Assembly (NCBI GenBank): GCA_963665845.2
Contig: OY762492.1
Span: 1,216,001-1,280,000 of the forward strand
DNA: 64,000 nucleotides
Source: Candidatus Poribacteria bacterium
Lineage (GTDB): Bacteria > Poribacteria > WGA-4E > GCA-2687025
Reading direction: 5' to 3'
The notes under the pieces are model-generated. The model did not search any database, was not told the origin of the DNA, and saw nothing but the letters and a program-made list of their open reading frames with translations. Position numbers and translations under genes: made by a program. Of this stretch, positions 48,176 through 56,222 are shown in pieces; the first letter of the stretch is position 1, and each line of letters starts with the position of its first letter.

Positions 48176-48284
48176 TGTCATCATACAAATGACGACCTGG
48201 CTTGCGACGCTCGCTGTTGCAATATCCCGCGCCTCTGCGTATCATGCGTTTCAACATTAAAAGCAACAGCGCGATGGGACGACA

Positions 48285-49517
48285 ATGCCGACTAAAGACC
48301 AGATCCAAGCCCGCTACAACCTGCTCATCGAAGACCTGATGGAGCGCGGCGTTGATGTGAACGACGTTCGACAACGGCTCCAAAACCAGCGCATCGAAAC
48401 GCCCTCATGGGGGTACGGCGATTCGGGTACGCGCTTTGGCGTTTTTCAACAAGAATGGGCGGCGCGCGACACCCAAGAGCGCCTGCAAGACGCCGCCGTC
48501 ACGCATCAGCACACCGGGGTCGCGCCCTCGGTCGCGCTCCATATTCCGTGGGACAAGGTGGACGACTGGGCGGCGCTGAAACAGTACGCCGACGAGCTCG
48601 GCGTCGAAGTGGGAGCCATCAACCCGAACCTGTTCCAAGAGCCGGACTATATGCTCGGAAGCGTCTGCCATCCTGACGCCGAGGTGCGCCAAATGTCCAT
48701 CGACCATCTCCTAGAATGCGCGGAGATCATGCGCATCACAGGCTCCGACATCATGAGCGTCTGGCTCGCCGACGGCACCAACTACCCAGGACAGGACGAT
48801 TTCCGCGAACGAAAGCGGCGGCTGCTGGAATGCCTGCAAGCGGGCTACGACGCGATGCCGAACGACGCGCGCATGCTGGTGGAGTACAAATTCTTTGAAC
48901 CCGCCTTTTACCACACCGACCTGCCCGACTGGGGAACCTCGCTGGTCGTCTGTCAAAATCTGGGCGACCGGGCGCAGGTACTGATCGACACGGGGCATCA
49001 CGCGCAGGGGACGAACATCGAGTTCATCGTCGCCTACCTGCTGGATGAGGAACGGCTCGGCGGCTTCCATTTCAACTGCCGAAAATACGCCGACGACGAT
49101 CTCACCACTGGCTCCATCAACCCGCAGGAACTGTTTCTGATCTACACGGAGCTGGTCAAGGAGGAGAACGACCCGAACTCGACCGCCGACATCGCCTACA
49201 TGATCGACCAGAGCCACAACATCAAGCCGAAAATCGAGGCGATGATTCAGTCGATCATGAACATTCAGACGGCGTACGCCCGCGCGCTCATCGTTCCCTA
49301 CGGCGACCTGAAAGAGGCGCAGCGCGCCAAAGATGTGGTCGGCGCCGAGATGATCATGCAGCAGGCAAACAATACGGATGTGGAGCCGCTGCTTCAGACG
49401 CTGCGCATCGAAGCGGGGCTGGATCCGAATCCGCTGGAGGCGTTTCGGCGCAGCGGCTATCTTGAAAAAGCGGCCGCGGAACGGCGCGAGGGACCGCGCA
49501 CCGGATGGGGAGCCTAA
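48285..49517 (+). CDS. rhaI: L-rhamnose isomerase (RhaI type)
   Basis: IETPSWGYG.SGTRF, ALHIPWD, WLADGTNYPGQ, EYKFFEPAFY.TD.PDWG, YADDDL. Confidence 0.92.
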   Translation: MPTKDQIQARYNLLIEDLMERGVDVNDVRQRLQNQRIETPSWGYGDSGTRFGVFQQEWAARDTQERLQDAAVTHQHTGVAPSVALHIPWDKVDDWAALKQYADELGVEVGAINPNLFQEPDYMLGSVCHPDAEVRQMSIDHLLECAEIMRITGSDIMSVWLADGTNYPGQDDFRERKRRLLECLQAGYDAMPNDARMLVEYKFFEPAFYHTDLPDWGTSLVVCQNLGDRAQVLIDTGHHAQGTNIEFIVAYLLDEERLGGFHFNCRKYADDDLTTGSINPQELFLIYTELVKEENDPNSTADIAYMIDQSHNIKPKIEAMIQSIMNIQTAYARALIVPYGDLKEAQRAKDVVGAEMIMQQANNTDVEPLLQTLRIEAGLDPNPLEAFRRSGYLEKAAAERREGPRTGWGA

Positions 49518-49525
49518 CCCAAACG

Positions 49526-50062
49526 ATGAGCGGAAAACGAACCGCTGTCTTTCCAGCCAGCTTCGATCCGGTGACGAACGGGCATCTGGACATCATCCGC
49601 CGGGCGTTGGCGCTGAACATCTTTGACGAAATCGTCCTGGCGGTCGGCGTCAACCCGGCAAAGCGGAGCCTGTTCTCGCTTGAAGAACGGGTCGCGCTTT
49701 TGAAAGAGGCGGTCGCCGGCTGGGATGGTCAAGAACGCATCCGAGTTCTCGCTATGGAGGGGCTGACAGCGGACTTTGCCCGCGGCGTCCAAGCCTCCGC
49801 CATCCTGCGCGGCATCCGCTCCCCGCTCGACTTTGAGTACGAGGCGCAGATGTATTTTTTAAACAGGCGGCTGGCGCCGGAGATCGACACGATCTTTCTC
49901 TTGGCAGACCCGAAATACGCTTTTTTAAGCAGCGCGCTCGTGAAGCAGGTGGCGCAGATCGGAGGCTCGTTGGACGGTCTCGCGCCGCCGCAGGTTGTGG
50001 AAAAACTGCGCGCGCGGCTTCAAGAAAATCCGATTCATGCAAACGCGCATGACGCCGAATAG
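49526..50062 (+). CDS. coaD: Phosphopantetheine adenylyltransferase
   Basis: FPASFDPVTNGHLDII, RGIRS..DFEYE, SSALVK. Confidence 0.95.
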   Translation: MSGKRTAVFPASFDPVTNGHLDIIRRALALNIFDEIVLAVGVNPAKRSLFSLEERVALLKEAVAGWDGQERIRVLAMEGLTADFARGVQASAILRGIRSPLDFEYEAQMYFLNRRLAPEIDTIFLLADPKYAFLSSALVKQVAQIGGSLDGLAPPQVVEKLRARLQENPIHANAHDAE

Positions 50063-50074
50063 AAACGGGTTCAA

Positions 50075-53000
50075 ATGCCGCGCGACACCGAACTGAACGA
50101 AAAGCAGCGGGAAGCCGTCGAACATGGCGATGGTCCGCTTCTTGTTTTGGCGGGTCCTGGAACAGGAAAAACGCGCGTCATCGCATGTCGAGTCGCGCAC
50201 CTGATCGAGTCGGGGAGATGTCCGGCGGAGGCGCTGCTAGCCATCACCTTCACCAACAAGGCGGCGCATGAGCTGGAGGAGCGGGTATTGAGCTTGATTG
50301 GGTCCAGCGTCGCCGGCGACTCCTGGATCGGCACCTTTCACCACACCTGCGCGCGCATCCTGCGCGAAAGCGGCGGCGATATGGGCATCGACAGCGACTT
50401 CGGCATCCTTGACCAGGACGCCCAGGACGCGCTCATGGCGGACGCGCTGCGCTCCGCGAATCTTGAAGTGGACCCGATCACGCTGAGCAGGCTTCGGTTC
50501 GCCCTCAGCGCGCGCAAAAGCGGAACCGCCGACAACAGAGAGCCGCCGCTCTTTGAAGAGGAGGATGAAGACACAACGGATGAAGCGTTTATCGCCGCTT
50601 TTAAAGAGGCGATCAGCCATTACGGCGCCCGCCTCGCCGCCTACAACGCGCTCGACTTTGACGACCTGATCGCCATCGCTGTAGAAAAGCTGCGCGAATC
50701 GCCGACAGTTTTGAAGAAATACCAGAGCAAGTTTCAGCATATCCTGATCGACGAGTATCAGGACATCAACGGATCGCAGTATGAGCTGATAAAGCTGTTG
50801 AGCGGATCAAGGCGCTGCGTTACAGCCGTTGGCGACGCGAACCAGAGCATTTACAGCTGGCGAGGCTCCAACCCTGAATGGATGCGCCGTTTCCGCGATG
50901 AGTTTCAACCTGAAACGATCGCTCTTGAGGCGCATTACCGTTCCACGCGCACCATCCTTTCCGCGGCGACGGGACTCATCCGCAAGAGCTCTCCGCAAAC
51001 GCGCCTGCGCACCGACAATCCGCCCGGCAACCCGATCCGCGCCTATTTTACACGTTCTGAAGCGGAATCGGCGTATATCGTCAAACGGCTTATTCAGAAG
51101 CTGCATGCGGAAGCGCGCATGCCGTATCGGGACATCGCCGTCTTTTATCGGAATCACCGGACGGCTGAACGGCTTGAAGACTCGCTGCGCCGTTCAAGCG
51201 TTCCATTTCGCCGCGCGCAGCCCGCCCGCGAACTTGTCAACGACGACGCGAACCGCGTTCTCGCATGGCTGCGTTACATCTGCTTTGGGCTGGGGGCGCA
51301 TTTAGCGGACGCGCTCATGTTTCCAAATCTCGTTCTGGACGAATGGACGCGCGTCTGGTTTCAATGGCGGGCGATGCGGGAGGGCAAGTCGTTTAGAGAG
51401 CTGGCGGAAAATCCAGACGAGGCGCCGCCTCTCACGCGCGCCTCTCTGAAACGGGTCGTCGGTCGGATGCAGGATCTGAGGGAGAGGCTGACGCCGCTCG
51501 GCGCCTCCAAAGCGGCTGCCGCTTTTTTTGAGGAGCTGGAAACGCTGCGCAGCCCGTTTCGGCATGAGGAGCTGGAGAAGGCGCCGGAATGGGCTGACTT
51601 TCCGCAGCTGGCCGCTTCAGCGGATGTGATCGCCGCGGCGCTTCAACGGGGCGAAATTCCCAGCCTGACGGAGGACGGCTCAATGGACGCCGTCTGCGCC
51701 AAGCTGATTTTACAAAAAACATTCGAAGATTATTTCGATAAAAATCTGGAGGAAGCGTCCGGCGATTCGGTTCAGATACGGATCGGGAATGTTGAACCTG
51801 CGCAAGAAGTGGAACGCGCCGTTTGGATCAACCCGCCCGACGAAATCGAGACGAACGCGCTTCAGTTGACCGCCCCTGACGGGTCGCCCGCCTGCGCCGC
51901 TTGGATCGCGCATCGGTTGTGTCAGCGTCTGCTTCATTTGGTTGAAAAGACGCCGAACGCGGACGTCGTCGTCTACGATCTGGAAACGACGGGGGCGAAT
52001 CCGCGGCAAGCCGAGATCATTGAATTCGCGGGCGACCGCATTTACGAAAAGCCAGCCTCCATTCTACACCTTTATATACGTCCGAGGGCGCGCATCCCGC
52101 GCCGATCAACCCAGATACATGGCATTGACGCCGATACCGTACGCGACCAGCCGCGCATCGAAGAGCGCATCGGCGAAATACGCGACTTCTTCGGAGACGC
52201 CGTCCTGGTCGGACACAACATCATTGAGTTTGACAACCGCTTTATTGAACGGGAAATGCGCCGGCATCTGCGCGAGACGCCCAACAACCCGTCTTACGAC
52301 ACCTTGAAGATCGCGCGCCGCCTCTATCCGCATGTGAATCACACGCTCACTTCGCTTGCGGAGCGGTTTCAGATCGAGTATGTCGAAAGCCATCGGGCGA
52401 TGCATGATGTGGCGGCGACAGCGAAGTTGTTTGAGCATTTGCGCCGGGAGGAGGCGCGCCGCCGCGCCCAATCGAGCCTGCCGGAACTGCTGCCGTTCTT
52501 GGCGGTCGGGGCGATGTCGAAAGGCGCATGGGAGGACCCGATGTTGGAAGCGCATCGGCATGCGGCAGCCCGCTGGCTCAAAGCGAACAAGCCGCGCGAA
52601 GAGACGCTCATGGCTTTTCCCGAAGAGACGCGCGTCGAGGCGGGGCGCGCCTTAGACGACGCGCGGCGCGCGCCGGCTCCAGAAACGGACGAGGACCGCC
52701 GATGGCAGCTGTTGAAAGGGCGCGTCCTGCGCCGGGCGCAGCGGTATGAGGCGATGCGCTCCGGCGCCTCATTGAAAGATTTTGTGAACGCGCAGTCGCT
52801 GCTGGAGCCGCTGGACAGCATGGACGAAGCCGACGAACCAAGCGACGCCGTCTCGCTCATGACGCTCCACACAGCGAAGGGTACCGAGTTCCGCGCCGTC
52901 CTGATTGTCGGGCTGGAGGACGGGACGCTGCCTTGGTTCCGCTCCATACAGCGTCCCGAAGCGCTGGACGAGGAGCGGCGGCTGCTTTATGTCGGCATGA

Positions 53001-53125
53001 CGCGGGCGCAGGAGCGGCTTTATCTGATCGCCGCCAAGCGCAGAGGCGGACGCGACCTGAAGCCGTCCCGCTTCTTGCGCGAGATTCCGTCCAACCTGAT
53101 GCGCCGCTGGTCTCCTAAGGGTTAG
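50075..53125 (+). CDS. UvrD/PcrA SF1A helicase with inserted DEDDh (DnaQ-like) 3'-5' exonuclease
   Basis: Helicase motifs AGPGTGKT, TFTNKAA, DEYQD, GDANQSIY.WRG, HYRS, TLH.AKG.EF, EERRLLYVGMTRA. Exonuclease motifs YDLETTG, GHN..FD, HRA..DV. Confidence 0.9.
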   Translation: MPRDTELNEKQREAVEHGDGPLLVLAGPGTGKTRVIACRVAHLIESGRCPAEALLAITFTNKAAHELEERVLSLIGSSVAGDSWIGTFHHTCARILRESGGDMGIDSDFGILDQDAQDALMADALRSANLEVDPITLSRLRFALSARKSGTADNREPPLFEEEDEDTTDEAFIAAFKEAISHYGARLAAYNALDFDDLIAIAVEKLRESPTVLKKYQSKFQHILIDEYQDINGSQYELIKLLSGSRRCVTAVGDANQSIYSWRGSNPEWMRRFRDEFQPETIALEAHYRSTRTILSAATGLIRKSSPQTRLRTDNPPGNPIRAYFTRSEAESAYIVKRLIQKLHAEARMPYRDIAVFYRNHRTAERLEDSLRRSSVPFRRAQPARELVNDDANRVLAWLRYICFGLGAHLADALMFPNLVLDEWTRVWFQWRAMREGKSFRELAENPDEAPPLTRASLKRVVGRMQDLRERLTPLGASKAAAAFFEELETLRSPFRHEELEKAPEWADFPQLAASADVIAAALQRGEIPSLTEDGSMDAVCAKLILQKTFEDYFDKNLEEASGDSVQIRIGNVEPAQEVERAVWINPPDEIETNALQLTAPDGSPACAAWIAHRLCQRLLHLVEKTPNADVVVYDLETTGANPRQAEIIEFAGDRIYEKPASILHLYIRPRARIPRRSTQIHGIDADTVRDQPRIEERIGEIRDFFGDAVLVGHNIIEFDNRFIEREMRRHLRETPNNPSYDTLKIARRLYPHVNHTLTSLAERFQIEYVESHRAMHDVAATAKLFEHLRREEARRRAQSSLPELLPFLAVGAMSKGAWEDPMLEAHRHAAARWLKANKPREETLMAFPEETRVEAGRALDDARRAPAPETDEDRRWQLLKGRVLRRAQRYEAMRSGASLKDFVNAQSLLEPLDSMDEADEPSDAVSLMTLHTAKGTEFRAVLIVGLEDGTLPWFRSIQRPEALDEERRLLYVGMTRAQERLYLIAAKRRGGRDLKPSRFLREIPSNLMRRWSPKG

Positions 53126-53198
53126 TCCCCATGGGAAAAGACTCCGCCAACCGGATCGTCCTTCGCGCCTTCTATTCGTCCTTCACGCCTTCTATTTT

Positions 53199-53289
53199 CG
53201 TCATTCCCGCGCAAGCGGGAATCCAGAGTCTACCCCGAAACCTTCCGCGTTCGCCAGGCGGGATGTCCCAACTAAAGACGTGAGGTCAG
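53199..53289 (+). mobile_element. Half MITE copy (REP-A plus right TIR)
   Basis: GTCATTCCCGCGCAAGCGGGAATCCAGAG...TGTCCCAACTAAAGACGTGAGGTCAG. Confidence 0.75.
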
Positions 53290-53354
53290 GCTTCACGCTT
53301 TACACGCCGCGTCAGATGCATTATCATAAACGGACGCTCACGCTTGTGGTTCAT

Positions 53355-54098
53355 ATGACGCACCTTCGCTGCCCGTTCATCGTCAAACTGGTTGAAAGCG
53401 ACGCTGTTTCGATACCGAACGACGTCGGTCAGGGCGTCATGATACCGACGCAAACGCCGGTTGATCTGCCGCTGTACCGCCGAGAGGTGCGCGGTTTCCG
53501 TCAGATGACGCCCGCGCAGCGCGCCCAAAGCCGGCGCAACGCCATCGAAGAAGCGAAACTTGCCTCTTTTGAAAAGTTCATTCTCTCCCTGCAGATTATC
53601 GCCGAATATGAGCCGTACTTGAGCGTCAGCGCGTTGGACGAAAAAGCGCCGCGCCGTTACGCCCTTCTCATTTCCGAGGGGCGCTGGAACCGTCTGCGCC
53701 GTCAAGCGGCTCCGACAGGCGGGCGTTCTCTCCGCGCGCGCGTCGGCGCCCTTGAGTTCGATATACTCACCCATCCGCGCCTCAACGCGAACGAGGCGTA
53801 TCTTGTCGCGGCGGAAAAATATCTGCTTTATCTGCGTCCGAAGCAGGCGGCGAACGGCTATGTGGTCTCCCGCAGCGAATTTATCGACCGGATGCCCGAC
53901 AGCGGTCCGCCGCTTTCCATGCGCCCTGAACGCGCGCTTCGGGAGCTGTTTGAAGCGTCGCAGACCGCGTCGTCCACCGCTGCCGGCGCGGAGAACGATG
54001 TCAACCCATGCCCAGAATGCGGGGGCAAAACGGTGCCGCTCTCCCCAGGCGCCGCCTTCTGTCTAGAGTGCGAGTGGGACAACCTTAAAAAGCTTTAA
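53355..54098 (+). CDS. Hypothetical protein with C-terminal Zn ribbon
   Basis: CPECG...FCLECEW at the C-terminus. Start set at ATG 53355 because the longer ORF begins inside a MITE TIR. Confidence 0.65.
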   Translation: MTHLRCPFIVKLVESDAVSIPNDVGQGVMIPTQTPVDLPLYRREVRGFRQMTPAQRAQSRRNAIEEAKLASFEKFILSLQIIAEYEPYLSVSALDEKAPRRYALLISEGRWNRLRRQAAPTGGRSLRARVGALEFDILTHPRLNANEAYLVAAEKYLLYLRPKQAANGYVVSRSEFIDRMPDSGPPLSMRPERALRELFEASQTASSTAAGAENDVNPCPECGGKTVPLSPGAAFCLECEWDNLKKL

Positions 54099-54102
54099 CC
54101 AA

Positions 54103-54756
54103 TCAAAACCGATGAATCGTTGTGCGGTCGGGTTTGTCCGGCTGGATCCATTTTAAGTAGATAAAACCGACCAAGATCCCGCCGAGATGCGCAAAGTGCG
54201 CTACATTCATGACGCCGTATCCGCGGGCGGTCGCCAAGGCGCGCGCCGTCTCCGCGGCGGCGTAGACCAACACCATGAAACGCGCGGGCAGCGGAATAAA
54301 AATAAAAAGAAGGAGCCGATTTGGAAACATCAGCCCGAACGCCAGCAGAACGCCCGACACCGCCCCGCTCGCCCCAATCAGCCCTGATGGTTTCCATCCA
54401 AGCGCATAGGTCGCCCCCAGATGAAGCAAGGCGCCCCCAACCCCGCATGTGAGGTAGTAAATCAGGAAACGCTTATACCCCCACCGCTCCTCCACCTCCG
54501 AGCCGAGCATCCACAGCGCGAACATGTTCAAGCCGATGTGCATGAAATCCGCATGCAGAAACTGGTAGGTGATGAACTGCCAGAGCCGCAGCTGGCTCAA
54601 TTCTGAATACAACGGCAGATGCCGCTCAATTGCGTTCCATTCGCCGCTTAGCCTAAAGATAGGGGAGAGATACGCCGCGGCAAAGAGCGCAAAGTTCGCT
54701 ATGAGCAGCCATTTGACGACAGGAGGCAGCAAGCCGCGCCGACGGCGGTAGTTCAT
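54103..54756 (-). CDS. Rhomboid intramembrane serine protease
   Basis: WQFITYQFLH..MHI..NM, GASG, AHFAHLGG. Confidence 0.92.
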   Translation of the reverse strand: MNYRRRRGLLPPVVKWLLIANFALFAAAYLSPIFRLSGEWNAIERHLPLYSELSQLRLWQFITYQFLHADFMHIGLNMFALWMLGSEVEERWGYKRFLIYYLTCGVGGALLHLGATYALGWKPSGLIGASGAVSGVLLAFGLMFPNRLLLFIFIPLPARFMVLVYAAAETARALATARGYGVMNVAHFAHLGGILVGFIYLKWIQPDKPDRTTIHRF

Positions 54757-54760
54757 CGGT

Positions 54761-55927
54761 TCATCCGCCTTTCAAAGACTGCGCCCATGCGCTCAACACT
54801 TCCGCGACCTCTTTGCGCGTGAATTCGGGCGGCAGCGGCTCGCCGTTTGAGAGCATCTCCCGCACCTTTGTGCCGGACAGAAACACGCGCTCCTGCGTTC
54901 CGGCGGGGCTGGTCTTTATGGTCGCCATGCTTTCGGTTCGCAGGCAGTAAAACGCATGCTCAAAGCGCAGCGGCTCAATTCCGATTTCCCCCTGCTCAAA
55001 CTGATCAAAGATGCGCTGCGCGTCGTAGGCGCCGTAGTAGTTTCCGACGCCCGCATGGTCGCGCCCGACGATGAAATGCGTACAGCCGTAGTTTTGACGG
55101 GCGAGCGCATGCAGAACCGCCTCGCGCGGGCCGGCGTAACGCATTGCCGAGGGCATTGTGCCGAGCAGGACGCGGTCGGCGGGGAAATAATGTTTGAGGA
55201 TCGTTCGATAACATTCCATGCGAACCTCGGCAGGGATGTCGCCCTCCTGCGTCCATCCGATCAGCGGATGCAGAAACAGCCCGTCCGCAATCTCCATCGC
55301 CGATTTGACGATATACTCGTGCGCTCGGTGAATCGGGTTGCGCGTTTGAAAGGCGGCGACCCGCTTCCATCCGCGCTCCGCAAACGCCGCGCGCGACGCC
55401 GCAGGGGGAAGCTCCGCATCCTCAAACAGCTCGCGCCTGGCGAACCGCAGCGCCGTAATCTCTCCCCCAATCAGCGTCTCTTTTTGGGCGTACAGCTCGG
55501 CGGCGCCTGGGTGCGCCTCTTCTTCGGTCAGAAAAACCTGTTTCGCCTCGCGCCGTTTGTCGTACCCGTATGCTTCTGGTTCTTTTAAAACGCCGAGCAG
55601 CGATCCGTCTGGAGAATGCAGCGCCGCGCCGCCCGCCGATTCAACCGCCCGCGCCTCGGACGCGGAGGCGGACAAAGTGATCGGAATCGGCCATGGCAAG
55701 CCGTCCGCGAGGCGCATGTTTTCAACGACGTTTTCATAGTCGGCGCGGCGCAGATAGCCTGTCAGAGGGCTAAATGCGCCGACGGCGATCATCTCAAAAT
55801 CGCACATTTCGCGGACGCTCAACGTCAAACGGGGCAGCTCCGCCGCTTTCTCTTGGACAGCCTCGGCGTTCCGCCCCGCCGTCCGCTGAACGAGACGGCC
55901 GCCATGAGGAGCGATCATATCGGACAT
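54761..55927 (-). CDS. sat: Sulfate adenylyltransferase
   Basis: PHGG.L, AFQTRNPIHRAHEY, MRYAGPREA, FIVGRDHAGVG, SGTKVR. Confidence 0.95.
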   Translation of the reverse strand: MSDMIAPHGGRLVQRTAGRNAEAVQEKAAELPRLTLSVREMCDFEMIAVGAFSPLTGYLRRADYENVVENMRLADGLPWPIPITLSASASEARAVESAGGAALHSPDGSLLGVLKEPEAYGYDKRREAKQVFLTEEEAHPGAAELYAQKETLIGGEITALRFARRELFEDAELPPAASRAAFAERGWKRVAAFQTRNPIHRAHEYIVKSAMEIADGLFLHPLIGWTQEGDIPAEVRMECYRTILKHYFPADRVLLGTMPSAMRYAGPREAVLHALARQNYGCTHFIVGRDHAGVGNYYGAYDAQRIFDQFEQGEIGIEPLRFEHAFYCLRTESMATIKTSPAGTQERVFLSGTKVREMLSNGEPLPPEFTRKEVAEVLSAWAQSLKGG

Positions 55928-56000
55928 TCGATGCCTTTCTTCGCGCCCATAACCGCTTACAATCTTAACCCCGCAGGCGCCGCTCTTCAAGTCCGGCGTT

Positions 56001-56098
56001 CTAACCTTAGCGCTTTAGTTGGGGCATTCCGCCTGACGAACGCGGATGTCTTCTGCGGCGCCTCTGGATTCCCGCTTGCGCGGGAATGACGGCCTGGA
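56001..56098 (-). mobile_element. Half MITE copy (right TIR plus REP-A)
   Basis: CTAACCTTAGCGCTTTAGTTGGGGCA...GATTCCCGCTTGCGCGGGAATGACGGCCTGGA. Confidence 0.75.
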
Positions 56099-56222
56099 TC
56101 GGCCAGACGTCGCGTAAAAATGAATGTCGTCGCCAGTATGTACTGTCGCCCAACATCCAGCGCTACACAAACGCTGACGAAGCGCTATAATAACTTTTAC
56201 ATACACAGGGAGAAAGCGGCGA

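Larger units (their letters stand above)
46642..48187 (-). mobile_element. IS110-family insertion sequence (~1.55 kb) inserted in a REP hairpin
   Basis: Flanks rejoin to an intact REP. No TIRs or TSD. Ends join to an IS621-like donor junction ACAGATA-CT-TGTAT. Confidence 0.92.

Noticed and set aside
46234-48200. tRNA-Arg-anchored genomic island
   Set aside because: The mobile elements lie on the 5' side of the tRNA, there is no integrase, and no duplicated tRNA 3' end was seen.
53156-53195. 20-bp tandem duplication (and a 14-bp one at ~39180-39207)
   Set aside because: Two-copy micro-duplications beside REP elements with no sign of function.
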